DNA of 64,000 nucleotides from Lingula anatina. Taxonomy: Eukaryota > Animalia > Brachiopoda. The translations under genes and the position numbers were made by a program. The DNA lies in NCBI GenBank assembly GCA_051362555.1, contig CM120640.1:14136001-14200000 (forward strand). Direction: 5' to 3'. Every line of letters starts with the position of its first letter. The stretch's first letter is position 1. A model generated the notes under the pieces. That model saw only the letters and a program-made list of their open reading frames with translations. It ran no database searches and was not told the origin of the DNA. Below, piece by piece: positions 51,219 through 63,404 of this stretch.

Positions 51219-54200
51219 TCATTTCACTTGCTTGGATAAAATCCATGCCTGCAAGAAGAAAAAAAGACAAAAAGCAATAACCAAACAATAGGCTTACTTA
51301 TTAACCAAGCTATTACGAGGACTACTCACGATTACATGTGACCATAAATTTTCAGAACTTCCTTCAAGACAGCCTGTACCAATGTTTCACAGGCACACTA
51401 CATAACTTTCAAGCCAATGACACATTTTTTTAAAAAATTACCTCTTGACAAGTGAAACTGAAGAAGCCATTACACTACATCAAATTTTCTCACACAGCTG
51501 AGAAAGAGACTACACACCTGTCCCACAGAGTATTTGGACCCAGCGCCAATGGTGACAACATGGACCCCAATGACAGGTTTGTTCCTGACCGCGCCCTTAC
51601 AGCTGGCACACCTGAGATACTGGTAGCAACATTGGTCTGTACTGCACCACAAGCTGTTCACCTCCACACCTGGATACATAAATATCTCTATGTATTACAC
51701 TGGACTACTTTCCTTATATTTTTATAAGAAAATTACCATCACTGTACATTTGAAGTTCTGATTTGTACTTTTTGGTGGCAATGAAAAACATATACACATA
51801 AAAAATCCTTGACTTACCTTACTGGGAGTATTTTAACCATTTTTTTACTACTGTGAAAAGCATCTCATTATCAAATTTCCAATAATTATATTTTCAAACA
51901 ACTGGGTTTTATTATCAATATGCAAGGCCCTTATCCCATCAAGCAGTATTCTTTAGCAATACAGTCTGTACCAGTTCACTTTGAGAGATTGATAAATTAA
52001 TAACTTGCTTACTGGGTAGGAGATAAACCCAAACCAGGCTGTGCACTGAACACAGCCAACTAACAACAAAGCAGGAAGCAGACTTGTGAAAGTGAGTTAA
52101 ACACCCTGAAGTGTAATCTCATCTTTGGACCTCTCAAAGTGTACTGAAACAGACAGACTGTATTGCTAAAGTGGGGCAGATATGAAGTATACCACACAGG
52201 GTTACAAGAGCCTCAGACACACAGAGGAAGAAAAAGAAGCAGGATCTGATCACCTCTGAGAGTCCCTCCCTCCCAGTCAGCGACTGCAGCACCCAGAGCC
52301 TTCCTCTCCACCTGGAACACATACTCTGACCCACTGGACAGCCGACTGACCATCTCTGGAACAATCTGGCCTGCGTCTTTATTTGGGACTGGAAAGATAT
52401 TGACAGCTTTGTGTATTTAAACCAAATTTTGTACCCAAACTGAATCACAAGAGTAGTTTGGGTTTAGGTAACAAGAAAAAGTTGAAATAGTTTCTATAAG
52501 CTTTGACATAACCATAAGGACACTTATTTGAATGCCTGTTTAATGTTGTATCATATTTTCATTACCAGAATCAGCTATGGATGACAGATAAACAAATTAC
52601 AAATTAATCTTCAACAACTATATCAAAGTTTCTTACCAGAGCCTCTCTTACATAAGTCAGCACCACATAGTTTGCATTGGAAACAACTGTCATCATCTGT
52701 CTGAAATGGTTGGTGGAATAAAAAAATATTTGAAGAGAGCTCGTAATTCTCATTATTTGTCTGAATAATTTAATGGGTACCACTTTCAAAGTCTGTTTAT
52801 GGTTTCTTACATCTTATTACTTAAGACACAGCTATTTTTAACAACTTAATTGACAGGGTTTCCACCATATTTTCAAGTAGAGAGAGGTTCAATTTTTATT
52901 TCAACTTGAAAAACATGGAATATTCTTTAAATACAGATAAAAAGTATGTCTACAGAGATTGAACAAATTTTAAAGTCTATATGCTATGAGGCAAGACTTC
53001 TAGAGCCCTCATCAAAGAGCACTGACCACACTAAGTATCATACAATACGAGAGAAAATAGTTGATGTCCTTGTTAAAAAGTGGAAGGAAGGGGGGGGGGC
53101 ACTTTTGCCAATAGTGCTTCAATGAATTACCATGAGATAAAGGTTTTAGTTTAACACAGCTTGGAGGTCAGCAAAAGGGATGGTTATAGAAACTACATGT
53201 ACCTGTTCTCCAGAGCAGTCCACCAGGTCTAGTATGTCCCGAGACTTCTGGCGTTTACTGGATTCACTTTTCCGTTCAACTCTGCTTCTCTTTTTTCTGT
53301 TCATGATTGTGTCATCCTCGTTGCCTTCTTCCTCAGTGGTACAGTTACCTTTGGCAGGTACATTCGTTTCTTTAAAAACAGATCTTTTTCTAGAAAGACT
53401 TCTGGACCTTTTGGTCCTGGTATTCACGGAGCTGGAATCTTTTTGGTTGGAAACAGCAATTGTAGCGTCCTCACCATCTTGAGGTTTGAGCTGAGGTTCT
53501 TTTTTAATTGTATTCTGGTCAGGCTCAGCAATTGCATTAGAAATTGCTTCAGACATTTCATTCACAACCTTAACATCAACTGTCTCTTGGTCATGAAGTG
53601 TATCCTGACCCTCTAGGCTCATGGGCGCTGAGAATCCGTCCATTGATTCAGAGTCAAACAGAGGTGGTGTGCATGAAAATCTGGGACAACTTTCTTCTTG
53701 TTTCTCAGGAGATGGAGCTATTTCAACTTCCTTATTCCTTCTATTGGCAGGAATGTTCACATGTTGGTAAAATTTATCTCGCTTTGAGGTTTGAACCAGA
53801 GACTTCGCTTTATTATCAATAATTCTCATTTCGCTTATGGCTTTACCATCAGAGGTTGTCCCTGAGAAAGGATGTCTCTTTTCAGGTTCAGGGTCATCTT
53901 TTCTGAATCTAAACATGTTCAATTTATCTTTCAATTTTCCCTTCAGTGTAATCTCTTGGTTCCTAGCTGCTGGCTCTTCACTTCTATTAGCAGCAACATC
54001 AGTACCACCTGCTATTTCATCACCCTCCTCATCCCCCTCTCCCAGGGACAGCTTACACCTGGGTGTGCCAACCTCTGCATCTCTCTGGGATCCAGTGGCT
54101 TCTTTTTGTGAAGGAGGGCTCACAAACATCAGAGGTTGGTAGTTTCTTGCACCACCACTGCCTTCTGAAGTTGATCCTGTTGAAGACTTTGACCGTTTCT

Positions 54201-55630
54201 TATTTACTGCTGTACCCATGGTTGCCTTGGATAATACTGGTAGCTCCACAGCTCCAGGGGTGGAAGACTGGGGTTTGCCATTTGCTGGCAAAGGGGTGTC
54301 AATTTGGGATTTTACGCTGCTAATGGCTGCTGTGGGAGTGAACATTATATCCTTGCCTTTTGGAGGTGCAGGACTAGTAAGAACGTACTGACCAATGAAA
54401 GTCTGTCCCATGTTTGCTTTAGTATCTCTCCCTCCTTGCTTGGTTTTGGTAATAGACTGTGGACCCACTGGCCTTGATTCAGTGTTTACAGGCGTTGTTT
54501 TTTTCAGTGCTGGTGAGGCGGAATGTTCTACAACTTGGTTGACATTTTCATCTTTTGTCAAATCTGGAAAAAAAGTTGACAGATTGACATGTAAACAGAT
54601 CTTCCCCTTAATGTGTCAAAACTAATATCAAAAAATATTTTTGACTTCATGTATATGCCTTCAGGAAGCATTTCTTTTCATAGATTCAGTAACAAAAATG
54701 AATGCGTGTCATAACAGTCCCCTTGGAGCACACTTCCCCCGTAATACTTCAATTAAATTAAAATTCAGTTGTAAGCTACAGTACCTATCACTAAGGAATT
54801 TCTCTGCTGCAAACTGGGGTCTTCTTGTGACATTGGAGTCTGAGTACTGGGAAGGAAACCACCTGCCATACTGGTATTCAAACTGAAAAGGAGAAAACAG
54901 AGGGCAAAATCAGATTATACATCTGACTGGGATAATAATGTGAGATGGGTACAAAAAAAGAAAGAAAAAAAAATTGGATAAATCATAAAGGAGGACTGAG
55001 GGAGGAGGCATCCTGTTAAAAATCTTACATTTGTTTAAAGTGAGCTCAGCTAGTGAGCAAAAATGTTCATTAGTTTGGCAGTTGGATTGTGAATGAAAAT
55101 TATCAAACACCAGCCGAAAAACTTTCATGCAATTAGCTTACGGCTATCAACATCAGCCGTAGCAGCCACCCATGAATAGGGACTGGGGACACCATTTACC
55201 TGCCATTTATAAGAGGGTCATGGCCGCTTTACCACCTAGCAGTAAGTGAGGGTCAACATCTGCTCACATCAGTCTGATAAAGGCCTAAGTTCAGGGGCCG
55301 TAAGCTAACAGTATGACAGATTTTCAGCTTGTGTTTGATAATTTTCATTTATTGACTTACCTGGTGTTAGCAATAGTGTTGGTGGGTGGGTTCTCTATCA
55401 TAGACTGTGTGAATTCTTTGAGAGACAGTCTGGCCTGGGTGAAGGTCACGTGGTTCTGGACTCGCTGGCGTACCCATTTAGAAAGACCTGGCAACAATGT
55501 CCCTTATGAAATTATTAATCTTATCTAAAAGCACAAATCAACAAGTATTATATTGGAAAATCATTTAAAGAAATCAAATCAAATTAAATCAAATTTCAGG
55601 TTCATATGGACACCAGGATAAAAATATATT

Positions 55631-55684
<54 letters not shown>

Positions 55685-58600
55685 TTAATACCGATTTCAT
55701 GAATTATATTTATTCATCTATTATTTTTCTTTATATTTATATTTCAGGAATGAGACTGCCATTTAGTTAAAAAGTCAGAAAATATGGTGTTGTGTCCAGG
55801 GGTTGCCTAGGCGAATACAATTTTTGGCTCCCAAAAAGTTAGAAATCTGCTGATAGTTGGAAAAATATCATCCCTGATATTTATTAACTTATTTATTCTT
55901 TATCTTGAGCATCAGTTTTAAAACTTTCAAGCACCCCACCTTTTGTATATTTTTGAGGATTATTTCCAAACCTCTGATCCACCAAGATGAGTGCCCCCCA
56001 GTCCCTGATGTGGCGTATACACCTGCCCAGGGCCTGGTTGAGAGCACGGTAGGCCTGGATCTCGTACCACTGCGCCCCTGTCAGCAGCCCGCGACTGGCG
56101 TGGTGCTGGTTGTTATAGTTACGCTTCAGTTCCACCTGCAGGTCCTTCACATTGGGGAATGGGATCCCAACCTGTCAAATAATAGAAAATATTGGGAAAA
56201 TTATATTTTGAAGTATTAAAACTGATGCTTGTGGTGAAAAAAAAAGTGCCACAGCCACAACTGTTACAGGAAGATTTCAAAAAAAAAAAAAAAAAACTTT
56301 ACGATAAGAAAAACAGCTAAACACACTAAACAACTTCGGGGCACCAAATAAATTCAATGACTCACAAGGGTTGTATGGCAACTTTGGTACGTAATTGAGA
56401 TTTCAATTTGACAAATCTATCTTAAGTTTTGGGACCATATAATCATTGGATGCTCTGGCCAGATACTGACAACAGAATAAAACTTAAATGTCTTGATAGC
56501 TTTTTAAAATCAATACTTTGCCTCTGTTCTTCTTTTCAAAATCAGACTTCTTATAATTATATTATATTAATGCCCACAAAAGAAACAATCAGAAGGTAGT
56601 CTCACTGTTATCACTGCTCTAGCATTATTATCAGCAAAGTCCAACCCCTCACTGACTTTCCCTCGGCACACGGCAATAAACAGCGCACCGTCCTGGCCCC
56701 CGCTTTCAGCTGGAGAAGAATGCCAAATACATTTAATAAAATACATTCTTTCACCTAGAACTTTGCTTTATTTCAATATGCAGCTTTGATTTCTGTAAAG
56801 ATAATTGTTCAAATTATTTCACATCCGCAAAAGAGACAAAACTGAGGGAAAAGTTTTTAAAATCTCTTTTTGACCAATGGAAAATTGACTACCTGATGAC
56901 AAATTGTTTGATGAAAATAATCAGACAAATTATTCAAAGCATACAATTAAAAATTCTAACCATGATCCTAACTTATCTTTTTTTTTTACCTCCATCTGCT
57001 GTTTCCTCAATGGCTTGATAAAAAGATTTCATTAGTTCATCAAAGTCCACTTTGTCTGATGCTCTTGGCTCACAAAACAAGGCTTTCTTTTCCTGCAGGG
57101 CTGACCCCACCCCCGTTGTCTGGTGAAATATTATCAACAATTTCAAATACTAAAATACTAAAAACATTACATAAAGATAGGCAAATACTTGAAAATATAT
57201 TAATCCTCCACTTATTTTTATTTTCTGGTTTAGCTTAATGGAAGAGCAAATGTAGTATATTACATCCTATTCAATAAGAAATTAAAAAAAAAAATGTAAA
57301 GTGACTGTCACAAAATATTCTTTTGTTTATAAACAGTGACAAAAACATCCTGCCAGCCTCACCTCCCACCGTGCTTTCAGCTTCTCCAACATGTTATATG
57401 AGGAAACAAACACCAACACGCCATGAGGAACAGTCTGCAACACACAAACAGTATGAAGTTTTTAACAGCACATTCTAAATATCATGACTCAAATCATCAA
57501 TGTTTGTCACTTTTTTTCAATGTTGACACAAAACATGGAGATAAAAAGTGACATAATCATGCTTGTTGAAATTTGATAAAATTTCTCCAATTTTGGTGAG
57601 GGTGTTTGGTAACTTCATGGAATTCTGTAAACTACTCTTATCTACCTTACTCCTTTTTTTTTTTTTTTTTTTTTTAACAAATTGTCAAAGTTAAAATCAA
57701 TCCTCATGTACTATGTGACCAGTATCCATAAAATGGACTTATGAAACTTTCAGAAGACTGACTGAATGTGATAACTATAACCCCCTCCAATACTCCACTG
57801 GCAAAGAAAAAATAAAATACAGGAATGAGATGGAAGTTTTCATGACTCAATAATTTGAAAAATATTTCTGCATTTAATGTCGTTACAAAATGAAAAGTCT
57901 CAGGCAAGGAGTTTGCAAGAAAGTCTTTATATAAAATTTCCTTATTGAAATTTGTGAGAGTTTGCAGCAGGGATGGTATTTTGTTGAGGGTAAAGTGTAT
58001 GCAATTTCACTTTCAACCATATGCAAAATATTGAACACAGTGCACAGGAACAAATCTGACACGATATTTTGACCCACTGACCAAACGTGATCTATAAATC
58101 AACAAAGTAATTATTGCCAATTTTCAATAAACATGTCACTTTTATCTCACTGTAACAGGTCAAACTGAACACAGACAACCTTTTCATCTGACAACACACA
58201 ACCACAAGTTCTCTTTTTATCTTATGAAAACAACACAAACTCAAACAAGTAAGTGGAGCTAAGGGCAATGTTTTCATCTAAATCGACACGTTTAAGAAAC
58301 ACTTTGGAAAAAAACTCAAGTTTTTGAATATATATCCTGCCATAACATTTAACAAAAATATGAATATCAGACATTTATCAAAGTGCTCTTTATCCAACAG
58401 AGAAGAAAAAAACAGGTCACCAAATCTTTTTGGTATTTCAAGAAAAACAGTAATGTTGAAAGGCCAATCTTATTATTTCATGAAAGAGCTCACCTTACAA
58501 ACTTTTACCAAATAATTTCTAAATCATAATCAGAAAAAGGAAAAAAAAAGCTGTTAAAATATTTTTTCAAGACCGTCTCACCTGGCAGACGCTCAACACT

Positions 58601-61600
58601 AACTGGCCCAGCTCATCTTGGAAGGCAAAAGTCTCAGTGTTCTGGTAAGTGGCCTGCAGTGGATGACCACCAGGTCCCCTGGTCACTGTGCCCACCCACA
58701 CCTAGGGGGGAGATGACCAGTACAAGTTGACAGAACAAAGAAAATAAATCATTTCCAACAGGCAACAGAGTATTATGTTCTAGTTCTAGTCTTATTCATT
58801 ACCAAGCAATTATTAGTTGTATCCAAAAATTACAACTCGAAAAAATGCTGGAAATAACTAAACAAAATAAAATACATTTTTGAAATAATATAATATCAAT
58901 TATATCTTATAATATTAATTTAAAAGCATTTCAGACATACAGCCATATGTTTACTATGGCATGCTAAGCATGAATGCCTGTTATTCCCAACCCTGAATTT
59001 CAAAATCTTACACTACCAATATGTAAAATTTATACTGGGAATTTTTCACAAATGTTTCTTTTTCCATTTGTTCAGCAGGTGTTAGCACAATTGTCCAGTA
59101 CCTGCTTCTTCCCCACAACATGACTGGCCTCTAGTTGAATAGGGAATGGAATTCCTAGTTCAGACTGAAAGGATCCCATAGGAGACAGTGTGCCACTGGT
59201 TAATACCACACAACGGCTGTCACCCAGCTCTTGAAAAGCCTACAGAAAAAGAAGCATTTATTTAATGTATGTGGTCTTTCCACACTTTATAACTACAGTG
59301 ATGTATATAATAGCTTTATGATCTGAAATGACAAATATTTTGATAGCTTTATGTTAAACCACTAACAACTAATTTGTCAAATCATGATTTCATTTCACTT
59401 TTACAAACCCTCTGTAGTTTTATTTTGTAATAATGGTAATGTCACTGGTGGATCCAGCATAAAACTAGAGGATCAGAGAGGCGATACCGCCTCCAAATAT
59501 TGTACCACCAGCTGGAGCAAACGCATTCGTATAGACCCCCACATACACAAAATAAGGGACACAGCCACCAGTTTTGTGCTTGACAAGCTGTAAAAATGCA
59601 GTCAACAAGAATTTTTTAACTATTGCAAAAAATATATATGGTACAATCAAATTTAAGTTCTTCGTAAGGTAGGTCAAGGGTCAATTTCAAGGTCACACTT
59701 AGATTGCCAGTATAGGACTTCCTATTCAACTTCAATAGTAACTATGGACCTATCTCAGCCAGTTTTGGAGATAAAAGGGAAGCAAAATTTGCAAAATTCA
59801 GTTCATGGTGAAAAGTAGGTCAAAGGTCAATTTCAAGGTCACATTTAGATTGCCAGTATATGACTTTCTATTCAAGTTCAATAGTAACTATGGACCTATC
59901 TCTGCCAGTTTTGGAGATAAAAGGGAAGCAAAATTTGCAAACTTCAGTTTATGGTGAAAAGTAAGTCAAAGGTCAATTTTAATGTCACATTTATAATGCC
60001 AGTATATGACTTCCTATTCAAGTTCAATAGTAACTACGGACCTATCTCAGCCAGTTTTGGAGATAAAAGGAAAGCAAAATTTGCAAAATTCAGTTCATGG
60101 TGTAAAGTAGGTCAAAGGTCAATTTTCAGGTCACATTTAGATTGCCAGTATATGACTTCATTTTTCAAGTTCAATAGTAACTTTGGACCTATCTCAGCCA
60201 GTTTTGGAGATAAAAGGGAAACAAAATTTGCAAAATTCAGTTCATGGTGTAAAGTAGGTCAAAGGTCAATTTTATGGTCACATTTAGATTGCCAGTATAT
60301 GACTTCCTTTTCAAGTTCAATAGTAACTATGGACCTATCTCTGCCAGTTTTGGAGATAAAAGGGAAGAAAAGTTTGCAAAGTTCAGTTCATGGTGAAAAG
60401 TAAGTCAAAGGTCAATTTCAAGGTCACATTTAGATTGCCAGTATATGACTGCCTATTCAAGTTCAATAGTAACTATGGACCTATCTCTGCCAGTTTTGGA
60501 GATAAAAGGGAAGCAAAATTTGCAAAGTTCAGTTTATGGTGAAAAGTAGGTCAAAGGTCAATTTTAAGGTCACATTTAGATTGCCAGTATATGACTTCCT
60601 ATTCAAGATCAATAGTAACTACGGACCTATCTCAGCCAGTTTTGGAGATAAAAGGAAAGCAAAATTTGCAAAATTTAGTTCATGGTGTAAAGTAGGTCAA
60701 AGGTCAATTTTAAGGTCACATTTAGATTGCCAGTATATGACTTCCTATTCAAGTTCAATAGTAACTATGGACCTATCTCTGCCAGTTTTGGAGATAAAAG
60801 GGAAGAAAAATTTGCAAAGTTCAGTTCATGGTGAAAAGTAGGTCAAAGGTCAATTTTAAGGTCACATTTAGATTGCCAGTATATGACTTCCTATTCAAGT
60901 TCAATAGTAACTACGGACCTATCTCAGCCAGTTTTGGAGATAAAAGGGAAGCAAATTTTGCAAAGTTCAGTTTATGGTGAAAAGTAGGTCAAAGGTCAAT
61001 TTTAAGGTCACATTTAGATTGCCAGTATATGACTTCCTATTCAAGTTCAATAGTAACTACGAACCTATCTCTGCCAGATTTGGAGATAAAAGGAAAGCAA
61101 AATTTGCAAAATTCAGTTCATGGTGTAAAGTAGGTCAAAGGTCAATTTTAAGGTCACATTTAGATTGCCAGTATATGACTTCCTATTCAAGTTCAATAGT
61201 AACTATGAACCTATCTCTGCCAGTTTTGGAGATAAAAGGGAAGAAAAATTTGCAAAGTTCAGTTCATGGTGAAAAGTAGGTCAAAGGTCAATTTCAAGGT
61301 CATAGTAAGATTGCCAGTATATGACTTCCTATTCAACTTCAATAGTAACTATGGACCTATCTCTGCCAGTTTTGGAGATATAAGGGACTAGATGTTATAA
61401 TTTTGGAGTTACCATAATGTGCCTTAAATTTCGTACAGAAAAAATTAATTAAAATAAAGAAAATGTCATTTTGGTCAAAATTCTTGAAATAGGAGGTGCT
61501 CTGAAGTTTCAGAAGTTCAAATTTGATGAGATAATGTCATTTTTGAACACAAGTTGTCTGCTTTGCCAAGCCTTATATTTTATTTTTCCAGAGTTCAAAA

Positions 61601-62599
61601 TTTATTATCCATTACCGTACTGCACATTTTGCTTTTACCACCAATATGTACTTTTTGATAGAGCGTAACTCGAAAACCGTATGGAATACAAAAAAACGGA
61701 GACCACCTCCAGTGTTGGGCTTTACATGCTCTACAAAATGCAAAAAAGAATGGGTCTCTAGCATTAACGGTTCCCGAATTAGAGACAGTTTTCAGTTTCG
61801 GTATCTTATGGCCGCTACTCCCGTGAAAATGCACCGATTGACCCCAAATTCATGGAGATGAAAGATGACCTGAAGGGTAACACTTCCCAATAATATTTTT
61901 GGTTAAGTCTGTGTGGTGTCTGAATAACAGGGCAAAAAAAAAATTTTTTCGTAAAAAATTTCATTTTTTTGAAAATTTTGGCCCATTTGACCTTGAAGTA
62001 GAGGTCAAAGGTCAAATCCAAGGGTATATTTGAAATCTACACATATGACTTTTGGAAAGCCGTCTATAGAAATTTTTCCCACAACTCCTTCCGTAGGGTA
62101 GATAATTAGCATTTAATTTTGCCATTTTTAGACAAGGGTGCATTGCAATGAGTGCCACACCCAGACCCCAATACCGACAAAGCCCAAATTTTACGTGGAA
62201 CGAGTTGAGATTATAGGTGACCTAAATCCATGAGATGGGTACGGGGGCCCTTACCGTCTAGGAGGAGAAGCGGTAACGGTAGCCGTCCGGCGGAGCCGGC
62301 GGAGCCGGCAGAGCCGCAGGAGCCGGCGGAACGATCCGGACGGGACCGAAACCATGTGTACCGCCAGCGCTAACGCTGGTGGTACAATGAATGCTTTCTT
62401 CCTCCGACCCAAAAGATGGATCATAGCACTTTACTATACTGAAACGCACTGCTGCAGAAGTCCCTAAATTGCCTATTTGATTTTGGAAAAAAAGTGGAGG
62501 GAGTCTCAGGTCTTATTCGATCTACTGAAGGCCAGTTCCTTACCACAGCAGGATTGAGGCACCAGAAGTTCAGAGAATACAGCCATTCTGTCACATAAC
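51219..62599 (-). CDS. BRIP1: Fanconi anemia group J helicase (BRIP1/FANCJ) homolog, 5'-partial, last 14 coding exons
   Basis: Exons 62544-62599, 59102-59239, 58582-58701, 57363-57434, 56990-57119, 56606-56709, 55940-56171, 55361-55487, 54785-54882, 53203-54563, 52637-52700, 52254-52388, 51518-51669 and 51219-51248 are all GT-AG and phase-compatible. Motifs [71 protein letters not shown] and GLSKWVR match FANCJ. The last four exons are less certain. Confidence 0.92.
55092..55349. mobile_element. Palindromic MITE-like element in BRIP1 intron
   Basis: AATGAAAATTATCAAACAC..TTAGCTTACGGC / GCCGTAAGCTAA..GTGTTTGATAATTTTCATT, imperfect arms over 50 bp. Confidence 0.7.
59604..62388 (-). mobile_element. 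Helentron-associated (HINE-like) element, family 2, carrying a satellite array
   Basis: The 5' end on - has the hairpin TGTACCACCAGCG-TTAG-CGCTGGCGGTACA followed by a GC-rich short repeat; the centre is a tandem array; the 3' end is a T/A stem-loop + CTTGTT as in family 1. No coding capacity. Confidence 0.7.
59669..61387. repeat. 146-bp tandem satellite, ~11.8 copies
   Basis: Unit starts at about 59669, 59815, 59961, 60107, 60253, 60400, 60546, 60692, 60838, 60984, 61130 and 61276. Confidence 0.97.
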
Positions 62600-62610
62600 C
62601 TGAAAAAAAA

Positions 62611-63396
62611 AACAAGGCAGCAAAGCTGTCAAATGTACAGACAAAAAACAGGAAATAACTATGCACAAAATAGGCTACTGTCAATTCTGATGCAAAAGTA
62701 CATTATGTTAAACTGCAAATTCAACATCAAATTTTAATTATGCTCAACAGGTAATACCAATGTAAGTAAAACGTGTAACAAGCATAAGGCTTCAGGCCCA
62801 TGGGAGTTCAAGTTCACACTTTGAAAATGTATAACTTCCAGAAAAAGAAGCCAATTAGACTACTTTTCCAACCCAGGCTGCATTTTAGTCCTGCATTTCT
62901 TTTTTGAACATTTGGCAATCATAAGTAACATGGTTTTCCCATAATGGTCATCATGGCAGCAGCACCCATAATTGTTTTCTTCTATTCTGATGCAATATTA
63001 CATATTGGTTAACAGCATAATGACCGTCAATTTTTAATAATAAAATATATACGTATCATGGATTTTCAGAAAATGTGACTAGCATGGGTCTTCAAGCATG
63101 TAGAACTTCAAAGTCACACCTTGAAAATGCCAATATGTGAAATATGCTGAAAAGTGAAAAAAAAAGCATAACTTCTACAATAATGGCCCAATCATGCTGA
63201 TTTTCGAACTTGACCTGCGTTTTATGAATATTCATCAGCTCTGTAAATATAAAGCCCAAAAGTAAAACTGCCTTCCACTTATCGTGTTTACAATGAAAGT
63301 GCAAGGCGCCAGTGACGGTGGTGACGGCGCTGACGGCGAAGACAGACGCAGGTGATGGCAATATGTACAGACACATTTTTGACACATCTGTACATA
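62611..63396 (-). mobile_element. HINE family 1, short copy with both ends
   Basis: Reverse complement has 5' TATGTACAGA..GTCTGTACATA, a microsatellite, one 161-bp-type unit and the same 3' GTCTGTACATTTGACAGCTTTGCTGCCTTGTT as 18865-18897. Confidence 0.8.
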
Positions 63397-63404
63397 TTTA
63401 CTGT

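Noticed and set aside
52134-52448. 104-aa ORF as the frame of a BRIP1 exon
   Set aside because: The upstream 64-nt exon sets phase 1, which gives a different, more protein-like frame ([13 protein letters not shown]...).
53146-54561. Stand-alone 471-aa gene
   Set aside because: It starts at a TTG just after an acceptor and has a phase-compatible donor at 53202, so it is an internal BRIP1 exon.
59951-61279. Repeated ORFs MVKS(R/K)SKVNF...
   Set aside because: They are translations of the 146-bp satellite.
55940-62599. RTEL1, DDX11 or XPD as alternative identities
   Set aside because: [19 protein letters not shown] and [15 protein letters not shown] match FANCJ rather than the other Fe-S helicases.
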